DNA of 64,000 bases from Antechinus flavipes (GCF_016432865.1 NC_067401.1:284828001-284892000); one strand, 5' to 3'; positions 36,421-50,041 are shown, numbered from the stretch's first letter. Notes: generated by a model not told the origin, from the sequence alone. Translations and numbers: made by a program.

Positions 36421-38400
36421 CACAACACACTTTTATCTGTTTAATTTTTAATAGCTGGGTGGAGGATGAAAGATGGAGGTGGTGGTCCCTATTAGCAGAT
36501 ATAAAAGGGAGGATGGTGTATATATGTGTGACTGTGTGTATGTGTATGTATGAATTGTGTATCTGAAATTAAGATGTGAATGGACAATTGGCTGGATCAT
36601 TTGATAGCTAGATATAGGGGGAGAAAAGAAGGGATTCTTGGGCATTCTGGACAACTCTTAGGTATGTCATGGGGTGGAAAAATTAGAAATGTTTAAATAA
36701 TAGAGTATTTTGTGGCCTTTCTAGTATATAGTTCATTGAAAATCATATTGCAAGCTCAGCAAAGAATGCTCACAGCTAAGACTTTTACTTACTTAGAGTA
36801 TATTCTTTGCTTGACATGACTTTATTTTTTGACTAGTGACATCCATACAGAGCTCAATTCCCATTCATTTTGTAATCAGGGATTTTTAACACAAACTGTG
36901 ACTAAGGAAAATGATTACACACCTGTCAGTTCTATGAAGGAAAAGAGAGCTGTTGGCACAGAGGAACAGGCCACATCTCTACCCAGGTCTCTATGGAGTC
37001 TTCTCTGTCAGAGATGTCATTTCTCATTTTTGCTCTGAAATAAGGCAGACCTTATAGCTTCTGTCTTGCCAATAGCATCTATAGGAATTGCTGCCATAAT
37101 TGCTAATGTGAGCCAATAAAATTCCATTTTTGATCATATTTTTGTACACATTATATCCTAGGGCCCAGGAGGGTAGGATGGGGTATAAATTAAGGAAGGA
37201 ATGAGCATAAATGTGACATAATGACTGAAATTCTGCTTCCTGTCACGAGGCCAGAGGCAGAGAGAGGGAGAAATGAAAATGATTCATGCAAGGAAGAAAC
37301 ATTCATTTTAAGGTGAAATAAGGTGAAGTATTAGAAATAAAGGGAAAGCTTTTCCAGATGGCATTAATGACCAAGACAAGGGGACTTTCATTGATGGAGA
37401 AAAGATGATGAGATAAAAAATAATACCCTCTATGAAGCAAAAGAAAGAATGCCATGTTAGAGAGAGACAAGTATGAATGCATGTTAAAAAAAAAACCCAT
37501 TGACAACAATTTTGTCTTGAATTTTGATATAACTAAGAATCAAGTCAATGCTGTAATCCTATTTCAAAAAAGATCAGTCTGGCTTAAAAAAAGGAAAAAT
37601 GCTGTTTTTTTCCCTATATTACCTGAATTTTAAACCAAATATAAGATTGAGCCAGACTTTCTCTTTCCCTGAAGCTCCTTCCTTCTTTTTCCTCCGCCCC
37701 TGGTTGACACCAGGTTGGGTGATTCAGTTTAGGAAGCTTGTTTTGCAGTTCTATTTGGCTCTGCCCTGGCCTCAATGGGGAATTTATTGCAAAGATAAAT
37801 GGATATTCTGCTACCAGCCGAAGAGTTCTCTTACATAAAGTAGAAATTGTTTTTTTTTAAGACCTGAAAATTAATATAAAGAGAAATGAGAAGGATGGAC
37901 ATGAATGAAGATTTCAGTAGACATGAAATAAGGTACATGGTAGCAGTGTGGTAGAGATGGATGTCTACCTAAAATGAGCAGAAGCAGTTGGTAAGATGTA
38001 TAAGAGAAAAGACTGATATCATAGTCAAAGAAAGTTAAATTGTGGGATGAGACTCTAAAAGAAAGATACAGGAGATGAAGTTGAATATATTTGAGAATAT
38101 ATTTTTATTTTGTTTTCCTGTGGGTTTTTAGAATATCAGGCAACCCCACAAATACATACACACATACACATATAGTTGTATATATGTACACATACCCATT
38201 CCTACATATAATATGTATGTGTGTGTACACATACTTACATAGACAATGTACTTCTGTATTTAATGTGCTGTGCTAGGTGTTAGGGAGATATAAATAACAT
38301 AAGACATGGCCCCTGACCTCAAGGAGCTTACAGTCAGTATCACTTTTATATTCTTTCTCTACTATTATCATCATATATTTGCATTGATGTTGTCTGACCA

Positions 38401-38605
38401 AGAAGCTAATGCCATCCACTGCATCCCAGGTCATCGCCAGTCACCTTGACTTTTGTCTTGTCATTGGGCTTCAATGACTCTGGAAGAATGATGCTACTGA
38501 TTTTGTGCAACTCTTTCTTACTTCAATTCAGTTCATGCACAAATGAAGACATCACTCTGTGATGTCATTGGTCCTCTTTGAAAATGAAAGATTACCACCA
38601 CCAAC
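38401..38605 (+). mobile_element. Marsupial RTE LINE (or RTE-SINE) 3' end
   Basis: 'gccatccactgcatcccaggtcatcgccagtc..cttgacttttgtcttg...gtgatgtcattggtcctctttgaaaatgaa'. Confidence 0.8.
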
Positions 38606-38635
38606 AAACATTTATGTCAAGAATGTGAAATGAAA

Positions 38636-39338
38636 TGCGGTATTCTTTTTCTTTTAAAATAATATAATGGTTCTCTCTGAGAGAAAGCAAGTTTCTCAGG
38701 GGAGGTTTTCTGGAGGCAGCCTTAGATGCAGTTGAAAGTAATAATCACCTCAAAACACAGCCAGGTGATAAAATGCAAATATTTATTTTCTCCTTCCAAA
38801 ATAGCCTGGTTACTTCTTCTTAGTGGCCTATCTTTCTGCTTGGTTCCAAGAGCTCTTGCCACTTTGTCCTTTGCTTCTGCCTCTGCTTTCTTCAGCCTTC
38901 AGCCAGCATCAAGTTGAATCTGTCTTGCCTCCTAGAGAGGGCTTTTGGCTCTCAATCTCCCAGAGTGCTCTGTGTTTGTCCCAGAGTGTTCCTCTCCAAT
39001 CTAATCCAATCTAACTGGGCCTCTGCTTTCTTCTTATATATCAGAGAGTGGGATTATGGGTTTTCTCCCATAGTGCTCTCTGGCCCTAAGAGCTTCAAGG
39101 GAGGTTTGAATTCAGATATCTCATACTAAACCCTGAAATTTCCCAAATGTGTGAACTCCAATGAGTAAAGGTGTAAACCCAAGCATTGTATCAATCAGTT
39201 CTACTTAGTACCTTGTTTCAGGTTCTGGTCCAAAACATCTCCTTGTAAGATCAGATCAATGACACTGAACCATGCTAAATTAGATAATTATTGTTTCTAT
39301 CAATTCTAATGACTTAACAGTTTGTAAAGATTCCAACA
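38636..39338 (-). mobile_element. Solo ERV LTR, about 700 bp
   Basis: TG...CA termini (tgcggtattc ... gattccaaca); on the minus strand TATATAA at 39034-39040 followed by AATAAA at 38782-38787; no TSD found. Confidence 0.78.
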
Positions 39339-41629
39339 TTTTTCACTGTGCTATTTCAATTCAATTAATCAAGATCTTAAAAATAAGAAAAAATACTCTT
39401 GCTCCCCAAACTGGTTAGGTCATTTTCTTTTACAAAGGCATCAGGTCTTTTAAAAAGTATCAAGCAGTCATCAGTTCAGTGGTCTTTTGAAATGCTCTGC
39501 TGTTTCATTTTATCTGTTTCCTTTTTATTTACTACAAGTATTTTTTCCTTCTCAAGAGGATGTTTGTAGGATTTCACTTCTTTTTAACTTGAACTAAAAT
39601 TTATTCAGCTATTTGATATTGAGAAAAATACATGTAAAATCCATGAAAATTAGCACCTCAAAGTAACATAGTTAGCCTTGATAAGGCCCTGTTTTCAAGC
39701 AAACTGCTTGGTGATACATTTAAAATTTGCAGTTATACATGGTTAGTATGAAATTCTTATTAGTTGTGTAATTACTTGTCACAGTGCAGACAGATTGCAC
39801 AGATGTTTTTGCTGCTGTGGCATATTATTTTGTGCCAGCAAAACACCCATGCCATTTGGGGATAATCACCAAATAGAGAAATCTCAAATTTATGGAGTTT
39901 GGTAAAATCATTTTATAGTCCAAACTCATAAGTTTGTAAACATTTCCCCCCTAAAAAGGAAATAAAGATCAAAACCTCAGCTACTCAAGTAACTAGCAAA
40001 TTGTGGATACATAGTCAGTGCATACTTTTGTCAATAATACATAATTAATAGACAAGTAAAGGCTGATCTTTAAACAATGATGTAGTATATTAAGATAAGA
40101 TAATAGTCCATTCGATGACTGGGTAAATGTGAAAAATAACTTCAGAGTCTAGGGCTTAAATCCATAAAAATCTTGGTCTCCAAAAATGTCTTAATTGCTC
40201 ATACAAAATATCTGAGAAAAGATCCCTTTTATACATTTTACCAACCATAGGTTGTTACTTTTGGAACTGAACCTATGAAGACTCCAAGTAAAATAGAGAG
40301 GGAAAAAGAGGGCTTTAATGTCTGTTCTGTTTCAACAAACTATAACTTGGATAGAAGGATAGAAGGCAGGCACCTTTACACTTCTACAATGAATGCTCCT
40401 TTTTCCAAAATGTGCACATTTCCATGACCTAGCAATCTGGTTCCTCATACTACTGTATCCTTTTCTCTTTGTATTTCCTATTCTTTTTATTTTCCCATCC
40501 ACTATCCATCCCTATGGATGTTCCCACCCATCCTAAATTCACGTGTAGAATATCTAGAGACCCTACTTCATTCCATCTCTGTTTAGGTTTTTATCTTCCC
40601 TTTCATTTTCTTCTGGAATTTCACCTTCTTTAGCCACTGGTTTAATAGATAAAATTAGAATATCATTCTGAAACCTTTTATTCTCTCTTCCACTCTCCCC
40701 AAGTAAAGTATATTGGTGAAAGTGTTTACCCCCAAATGTTTTTCTTCTTGGAAAGTTGACTGCCTCCTTCTTCTATGAAAGGCAGGAACACCAGAGTGGG
40801 GGGTCATTATCCCTTGTGATGTCCGCTTTGCCTCTGTTGGCCTAGATATACTGGGACCATTAATTTCATTGAGTAGACTATGAATCAAAGTGTTCTCTGC
40901 ATCATACCTCCTTATTTTCTTGCTAAAGAGCTCTTTGAAGAAAGGAGTGGTGAGATAGGGTGAAAGGACACCAGTATAGATGATTAGTGCCTTTGCATAG
41001 GTTGTCTCTCATGCTCGGAGCAGAGGCTTTCCATTCATGCTTCTTTAGATACTTAATTTCTTTAATCTCAAGAGCTACTTCTTAATACAAGGCCATTCTT
41101 GATTCAAAAAGGTTTCCAGGGAACCCCCTGAAATTGCTTTGTTTTTACTTTTTATGTATTTTGTCATGATGTACATACACTTTGTTCTCCCTGATAGAAA
41201 GTAAGATCCTTGAAGGCAAAGATGGCTTTGTTTTTCTTCTTTGTATCCCTGCTTCCTAGTGCAAAATCTGGAATATAACAAGTGCTTAACAAATGCTTAG
41301 TGATTGATTGATTGGCATTCACTGTCATGAATTCTTGGTAACTTAAAGTTAGTGTGTTATGATTCCCTTTTCTGGAAGACTCTTTGGTATTCAACAATTT
41401 AAGGTGAGTTTAGGTTGTCGTCTTCTAAATTTAGCTTAATGTTAAGTGTGTTTTTAACAGCATAGTGCTTTGCAACAATACCAAAGACTGCATTGTATTT
41501 GAATGATTTGGAATTTTGGTAACCTAGTGAGTCGTAATAGGAACAATAAGAGGGTATAGACAAAACAGAGATAAGGAATCATAGTTGAGTTATTAGAGGG
41601 AGTACAACAGATGATTTTTAAAATAATAG

Positions 41630-42320
41630 CTTATTATTTTTCTTTTTCAAGTAACAAGTTTATAAATCAGTCTGTCCCTCCCACTCTCCCTTTCCTTCAT
41701 TGAGCAAAATTTTCTTTAAAAAATGAACAAATGTGAAAAACAAATCTTTCATTATATATCTACAGAGTTTGACAAAAACAAATTCCCACACTAGCCACAT
41801 CCAAAAATATATGTTTCTGCATTTTAAGCATAGAGCATATTTCATCTTCATTCTTTTGGATTCATGGTTAATCATTGTTTTGATCAGGATTTTTAAATCT
41901 TTCAGACTTGTTCTTCTCTATGATATTTTTTATTAAATAAATCATTCTATTTCTGATCACTTTACATGAGATCATAAAGGTCTTCTCAATTTGCTTTGAA
42001 GCTGTCTATTTTGTCATTTCTTATAGCAAAACAATATTTTACTATATTCATATATATCATGATTGGTTTAACCATTCCCCAATAGGAGGTTACTTTCTTG
42101 GTTTCCAATTTTTTGTCTATAGCAAAAAGAGCTGATAGACATATTTTTGCACATGTAGAGCCTTTTCTTTCTTTGATTTCTTTGGGATATAAGTGAAGTA
42201 GTGGTATAGCTGGATCAAAGAATATGCATAGTTTGGTAACTTTCTAGGTATAATTCCAAATTGCCTTTTGGAATGGCTGGACTAATTCACAATCCTATCA
42301 ATAGTGAACTAATGTTCCTA
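41630..42320 (-). mobile_element. Old L1 3' region
   Basis: Same motifs as the 31.3 kb copy ('gtagtggtatagctggatcaaagaatatgcatagttt'). Confidence 0.75.
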
Positions 42321-42744
42321 TTTCCTAGTGGTAATTCTTAACCATAAACAATATACAAAGGCATTTTTCAGTGAAGAGTATTGTAGGCATAAGAACTCTT
42401 TCCACTAATGCAAATCACATCTTGTCTTTAATTTAATAAATAAGATCCAGGGAATTGTAGAAGTCGCACAAAGGTTAATTGATCCAAGATCATTTAACTA
42501 GTGTCAGAAGAGGATTTGAATCTTAGTCTTTCTGTATCCATATTATACTATGCTATCTCTTAATTATGACTAATCAGAATATTATAAGAGAGAAAATGTG
42601 AAAACATGAACACTTTGTGTTTTTATTCAGGAAATATTATTGCTATATGATATAGTATTATACATTAACATATACAATTATTAGAGGATTCATTTCATTC
42701 ATTCAATAAATATTAATAATTTAATTAATATTTACTTATTGCAC

Positions 42745-42880
42745 TGAGGCAATTGGGGTTAAGTGACTTGCGCAGGGTCACATAGCTAGGAGATGTTAAC
42801 CGTCTGAGATCATATTTGAACTCAGGTCCTCTTGACTTCAGGACTAGTAATCTATCCACTGCACCAATTAATTGCCTCTC
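42745..42880 (-). mobile_element. WSINE1-like short SINE
   Basis: 'tgaggcaattggggttaagtgacttgcgcagggtcacatagctagga..tgttaa..gtctgaga..atttgaactcaggtcctcttgacttcagg'. Confidence 0.85.
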
Positions 42881-44199
42881 ATTAATATTATTTAACATCA
42901 GCTATGTGGAAGACTCTATGCCTTGTTGTTCTAGCATATAAAAGGAAAGAAAAAGTGAGAGAAGATAGAGAGAAATAAAAAGAATTTGAAAATGAAGCAT
43001 TTTTAGAAAATGCACAAAAGAGAACAGAAGGGAGGTCAGAAAGAATCACAGACAATCTGGGCAACTTTAAAAGGTATATGATGAATTTAAATGTTTTGCA
43101 ACAAAAAACAAATTGTTAGGATCAAATGAGATAACATAAATCTTAAAATACTATATAAATGCTAGCTATTTTTATGATTTCATACTAGAGATTTGCCTTT
43201 TAAATATAATATTTTCCTATTTTACTGTGGATGTAGAGACATTCGTTTTATTTATAAAGTTCAGAATCATAAAAACAAAATTTAAAAATATCATAACTCT
43301 TGGGGCCAAAAAATGGTAGGGTAGCATTATGTCACCAAAAAATTAATGTGGCTAGTGAGCATACTCTTGTCTTTAACCTGACATTCACTTGTCAAGTCCA
43401 ATGTGAGTTTCTCTCAGCTACTATCAATTTCTACTTAAAAATTTCTTCCTGATTTAAACATGTCACTGTCATTATTACCAGTCAACATCTTCAGCAAAAC
43501 TAAGCCTATAAATTGATTGGATAGAGGACGTCATGTGTATGTAGCAGGTTTCCTATCTGCTTTCATATCTTGCCACATTTTTTTTTTTTTTGCCTCCTAG
43601 AGAAGTTGGTTGTTCCTCTCTTTAGTGATGGAGTGATGTTTGCTTTCTTCTTAAAACACTGTGGTGCCTTCCTTAGAAGGTCAAGTGGTACATCACCTAT
43701 AATTAAAGCCTCATCAAGAAAACCATCCTATGCAGGGCAAAATTGTGTTTTCATACTTGGGAAGACCCATGGAAAAAATACACAGAGATTGACGTACCAC
43801 GTTGTTTTGCCTTTTTTTCCCTGGCCCATGTTCATGTAGCATTAATCATAGCTTTGCTGAATATTAATAAGAATTTGTCTGTAGAAATTTATAGATTATA
43901 GGAACACTTCAATGGCCAGGCTCAGCCCTTTTCAATTTCTCTTCCTTCGGCTTATTTTAGGTCTACCCAGGTTACACTGAGTCTCCCTCCTCTCCCCCCA
44001 ACACACACCCTCTGCCTCAGCCTCCGGCCCTACTCCCCATGGAAACTAGTGTTTAAGACTCACTATGATCTCCATTAAGGTTCTTGGTTCACCTTAATTG
44101 GATATTGACTTTTGTGAAACTAATATCATGGACTAACGGGAATCACGAGAAAAGAAAGTTTATGGTAATAGAGCCCTGATCATGTTGCATCTGTTATAA

Positions 44200-45060
44200 A
44201 GGGAACAAAAGTTCATTAAATCAGTCAGAATCACGTTTAAAAATAATTTATTCTGAATTTAAAAACCATCCTTCCCCCAAAAGAGGATATTTCTATATCA
44301 AAGCAATATATAAAAGGAGGATCATGTGTGTACACTATTATATGCAGCTTATTTTTTAAAAAAAGTATACCATAAGTATGTTTCTTTATTTAAATATTTT
44401 TGATATCTTTTATTTCTATCTTACCAGAATTTCTCCTAATATCCTCCCCTTTTCTTCTCCCAGAGAGCTATCTCATATGACAAATAATATTTTTATAGAA
44501 AAAAAAGAAAGAGGAAGAGAAAAAAAATCAGCAAAGCCAACCAGTACATCAAAAAATCTGAAAATATATGCAGTGTTCCACACCTGGACGTCTTACTTAA
44601 ACAAAGGACTTGGGTGGAGATATCTTTTCCTATCTTGACTTTGACCCTGTGCTTGTTCTTTGTAATTTTATAACATTCACTTTTATTTTGTGGTTGTTTT
44701 TTCCATTTTAGTTGTTGTCATCATTTTATTTAGATGTTGTCATATATATATTTTACATATATGTATATATATATATATATACATATATGTAATATCTATA
44801 TATATAATGATGATGACAACTCATACACACATTATTTACTTTACTCTGCATAGGAGATATAAAATTTCCATATTTCTCTATATTCATCATATTAGTTGTT
44901 TATTACAGGTTGGTAATATTCCTTTATAATAATTTGTTTAGCTATTTCACCAGCTGATAGGCATCTACCTTGTTTTCAATTCTTTTCTACTAAAAAAATG
45001 CTGCTACAAATATTTTGGTCTACATGGGGGCTCTCTTCTTATCCATGACCTCCTTGAAAC
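44200..45060 (-). mobile_element. Old L1 3' region with internal (TA)n
   Basis: 'ttattttactttactctgcat', 'gctgctacaaatattttgg..tacatggggg'. Confidence 0.65.
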
Positions 45061-46074
45061 ATGTTACTTACCAAGTTGTCCTGGTTGACTTTATATCCTT
45101 CTGAGTTTCCTTTTTTTCTCATGTTCACGTTTAAAAAAAAAAAAGCTTAAATACTTGAATGACTCTTAATGATATAAAAAGTCAATGATTTTGAAGGAAT
45201 TTAACTAATCATCAACAGTCAACAACAATAAATATTTTCACCAGTTCATCACAAATATTATTAAATTCCATAAACAGTGACTATATTAGCATATTCTAGA
45301 ATATTTGGTTTAGTTAATGATTTACAGCTATCCATTCATTCAAAAATGAATATATATTAAGCACTTGGTGTTATAGGATCAGAGATTTGGAAATGGAAAG
45401 GGAATTTTATAGATAGGAAAATCTACAACCAGTTAAGTAGATGGACTTGCTTAGAGTCACATGTAGGTAGGAAGTGGAAGCCAGGGCTTTCAGCTCTCAA
45501 GAAAGTGTTCATTCTGCTACCACTCAAATGCCGCTTTGTGATACAGAAATGACTGAGTTTCCACAGGCTAGGTTAATGGAGCATAAACTTTGGCTGGTCC
45601 TATGAAACTGGAGAGCTTTTTAGTATGAATTTAACAATGAACTTTACATCTGAGAACTAATCTTAATAAATGTAGAGAGACTCATGATTAGAAGATTGGT
45701 CACAATGAAGTGTTTTGCCACAGAAACTCATGGAGAAGTTGTGTTAAGGGCTAATGAAGAGTACATTCATGCCAGAGAAGTCAAAGTTCTTTTCAAGCAT
45801 TATGTGATGTATTAAGTACCATGCTAGAGGAGAAACAGATAATACTCAGCCCTTCTCTTCAGGGAGCTTACACTCTAAGGATAATAGATGAATTTGTGCT
45901 GGTCCATTCATATCTTCTTACAAGGCTTCTTTTGGGATCAACAATTCTGTCAGTCGCTTGGTCAACATTAAACGTGCTATATGTGAATTAGCTTTGGTAT
46001 GGTATAAGGCTTATGTATATAACTATGACCTAAACCTCATTAGTACCAGTTTTTAAGCAAAATGACTAATACTA

Positions 46075-46325
46075 TTTGTTGTTTAGTTTTTTCACTTATG
46101 TCTGACTCTTTGTGACCTTATTTGGGATTTTCTTGGCAAAGATAATAGAGTGGTTTGCCATTTCCTTTCTTTGCTTATTTTATAGACAAAGAAGTAAGGT
46201 AAAGAGGGTTAAGTGACTTGTCCAGAATCACACATTAGTAAGTGTCTGAGATCAGATTTGAACTCAGGAAGTCTTCCTGACTCTACATTTGGCACTCTGT
46301 CCACTGTACCACCTAGATGTCCTTA
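46075..46325 (-). mobile_element. Full-length Mar1-type SINE
   Basis: Tail, core and head all present. Confidence 0.9.
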
Positions 46326-47382
46326 TTATTGACACATTATTTATAGTTAATGCTCAATTATTCATGATTATTTAGGGTTTGTTAATGTCAAATGAGAAGG
46401 TAAAATGAGAGAGTTCATAGAATTATAGCTTTAGAACTGGAAGATCTTATTCTATTTCCCTCATTTTATAGATAAAATAACTAAGGCTTTAGAGAAGTTT
46501 AATGAGTCACTCAACATAATAGTTTGTAAGGGTCAAAGCGGGGATTTGAACCTGGTCCCCTGACTCTAAACTCAGCAAGTTTTCTATTTTACTAGAGGTT
46601 CAGGGCCTATTTCTCAGCATGCAGGCTCATAAACTCAGTTTCATTAATTCACAGTGTGACCAGGCTTTGATGAACACTAACCAATATAACACAAGGCATT
46701 TGTAAAGCAGGAAAATGCAATTTAATTTACACTGGGGAACAGAATTGCCAGGTATTTCAGTTGATCAGAACAACCTCTGCTCGATACTGAATAATTTGAA
46801 AACCCAATCACTAATCACAAGATTTCTTAGTGAATAAAGAATTAGGATAAAGGAAGTTGAATGATCATAAGAGACCTTTTCATCAGGCCATGGTAATGAC
46901 TCACCCTTTTCCATTATTTGGATAAACTTGCCAAGTCTACTGAATATTTATGTTTGCTGGCCAGCAATCTCTCTTGGTCAGGGCTAAAGACAGCCTGGCA
47001 AATCCTTACTCACTGCCTCTCCTGTTACTAGGCTGTAGGCAGACCACCCCTCTTCTGTTTGCACTTGCTATTACAATACCCTCCTTTTCTTAATTCAATA
47101 AATTTCTCTTATGCTTATAATTTTGAAGTTAACTAGATTTTTATACTGATTACATTTTAGATTGGCTGATCACTGATGATATCTGGAGTTGTGCTATAAT
47201 CAGATTAGTAATGGGTTTCTAAATAACATTTTAGGTTGGATTATTTTGGAAAAATTTTTTTGTAGTTAATTTTTTATTATGAGTGTTACTGTTGGACTGT
47301 CCCTATATTCTCCTTGCCTATTTAACATTTTTCCTCATTTCTAATGGTCTCAACTCTACTTGACTTTTTTTTCCCCATAGAA

Positions 47383-47612
47383 ATTTAGGTGGTGCAGTAG
47401 ATAGAATGCTGGGTCTGAAGTCATCTTTGTGAATTCAAATCTAGTCTCAATACTTCATAGCTTTTGTGATCCTGTGCAAGTCATTTCAGTTTCCTCATCT
47501 GTAAAATCAGCTGGGATAAAGAAATAGCAAACTGCTTCAGTATTTTTGCCAAGAAAACTCCAATTAGGATCATGGAGAATTGAAGACAACTGAAAAATGA
47601 CTAAAAACATCA
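47383..47612 (+). mobile_element. Mar1-type SINE
   Basis: 'ttaggtggtgcagtagatagaatgctgggtctgaagtc...gtatttttgccaagaaaactcc'. Confidence 0.85.
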
Positions 47613-47674
47613 AGAATCTCTTCTCACTGATAGCTGAGGGTGATAATAAGAACTAGCAGCTTGCAAAGTGTTTT

Positions 47675-47712
47675 ACACACACACACACACACACACACAT
47701 ACACACACACAC
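47675..47712. repeat. (AC)n microsatellite
   Basis: Directly visible. Confidence 0.95.
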
Positions 47713-49404
47713 ATATACATGTTTTAACCTCATAACAACTCCAGGACTACAATTAATTATCCTCATTTAATAGCTTCATAAGAGCGAAGTGTTTTGTTCA
47801 CATACATGTTGATGTAGTCATATGAGGAATATGACACAAGAATGTCAAAATTTCTGTGCTGATTAGTAGTGAGGTCAAGCTTGTGATCATTCACAACTTT
47901 TCTAGCTTGGAGGAGATAGAGACTCAGTTCCCATCCTCATCCCCTGCAAAAAAAGAGACACCAATCTATGCTAAATGTTTCCTACACTGATGAAATCCCA
48001 GATCAAAAGCAAGCAAATGAACCCCCCAGAACTCAAGTAACATTTCTTTCACCACTTCATTTTCTTTTCCTTGCCCATTTACCAGTAGAATGGTAGAATG
48101 TCTGAAAGGGCAATTAATAGGAATAATTAAGAAGAATTTAAAAAATTCTAAACTATCAGAGACTAAAGAGTTTAACAGCCCCATTTATATAGCCCTTAAA
48201 AGTTTCCAAATCACTAATATACATTGCATGTTTTTGATTCTGTTCCAAAATCTATGGGGTAGATGCTGCCTTCATTGCCACTGAGAAAACAAGTTCAGAG
48301 ATGTTTAGTTATTTGCCAGAAACACATGGCCAGCAAGTATATCAAGAAGGATTTGAACTCAGCTGTTCTTGAATATAGGTTCAGGGCTCTATCCATTATG
48401 GCTTCTTACTGCATCACCCTTGTATTTCATGAGTTGCAATACATAGGATATGAAATTTGGGATATAATTTTCTTGCAAATAAAAGGACAATTATAAATAA
48501 TTTGTAAATAAAAGTTTTACCTGCCCAGAATATTAAATGTATGTTAAATCTAATATTTGTAAACTACATGCATACGTTAACCTCAGAAGACATAAACCTT
48601 TGACTTCACAAAGAACTCACTCAAAAATATTCTTATTTAAGAGAAACTAGTATGTTTAATGCATCCAGTTCTCTACTAGTGTTGCTAATTTAAATGTCCA
48701 AGATATACTCACTATTCTTTATGGCAAAGAATGAGCAAGAAAAAAAAAAGCACCCATTGTACCATGGTTATGGCCCCTCTCACTAATCCACAATATAAAG
48801 GCAATAGTGCTGACTTGTGGTAGTTGTCTGGTTTCATTAGGAAGTGAATAGGAAGCTTTTGCCAACACTCCAGCCCCTATCTGTCCTGTAGAATCCTCTT
48901 TCCTTATGTGTTTAACAGAACAAAAGCACTCAAGTAACCTAACAAAGAATAGCACAAAATAAATAAAAAAGGGTCATCTGTCTCATGAAAAAAAAGATAA
49001 ATATTTTTTTAAAAACCAAGCAGAAGGATTTTTTCAGGACCACATGGAAACAAATATTAGTTAGTTGAGACAAAGCTGGAATCTGGGAGAAAGAACTTAA
49101 TATGCTTTCTTGTATGGAATAGTTGTATTTCAAGCTAATATTGAAGCTTTCCCTATAACTGTCAAGCAATCCATTTTTGTCCCTCAATATGGTCAATCAT
49201 TAGTCAAGCAAGAGGTCTTCCCCATTGACTCATTTCAGTGCAAGCTCTACATGGGTACCATCTGATACCTCATTCAAGGAGATATTCATAGAGGCAATAA
49301 ACAACATTCACTTCATATTATCTTTATATTGCCTATTTGTTATCATTATTCTCTTAAGGCTTAAAATGGAATATTAAAAATTTATTATAGCTGTAAAGAT
49401 TTAT

Positions 49405-49735
49405 ATAGAATGAGAGAGAGAAGAAAGAGAAAAAAAAAGACAGAAAGGAGAGAAAGAGACAGAGAGAAGACAGAGAGATAGAGATAGAAAAATAGAGAAA
49501 AGACAGGAAAGAGACAGAAACAGAGAAAAGAGAGAGAAAAAAGACTAACCGAAGGAAAAAAGAGACAGAGATGAAAAAGACAGAGAGACAGAAAGAGAAA
49601 AACAGGAGAGAGAGAAAAAAAAGGAAAAAGAAGGTAGAGAAAGAATGATAAAAAAACAGAGAGAGAGAGAAAAGACGTAAGAAAAAGAGGGATATGCACA
49701 GAGAGACAGAGACACACATAGACACAGACATGCAT
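49405..49735. repeat. Purine-rich (GA/GAAA/GACA) low-complexity tract
   Basis: About 330 bp, almost all A and G on the plus strand. Confidence 0.85.
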
Positions 49736-50041
49736 GTTGCAAATAGGTACTTTTCATCTATCATTGCTGTATGGCCTATCACAGAAGGAAGTGAAGAGGC
49801 AATCTTTTTGGTTACCAGCTGAGCGAGGGCATAGGATTAACAGGGACATTTGCAGGAGAAATAGCCTTTCTTTCTGTTTATCATGTCAAGTGAGAACAGA
49901 TTAATTTTGTTAATAAATATAAGACCAGGACTTCCCCACATCAGTCTTCTAATGCTTTGCTTCCTCCAAACCTCTGTAGTTCTTTTGAATGTGCTAAACA
50001 TGCTCATAATTAGTCAGCTTTGTAGGCCCTTTGTGTTAGAT

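Noticed and set aside
43570-43839. 89-aa ORF with an acceptor-like T run; the minus-strand peptide 'KKANITPSLKRG' resembles CR1/L2 ORF2
   Set aside because: The T run is a simple homopolymer and the peptide similarity is too short to call; at most an old LINE remnant.
49354-49782. ORFs of 142, 116 and 70 aa on the minus strand
   Set aside because: S/L/F-rich translations of the polypurine low-complexity tract.
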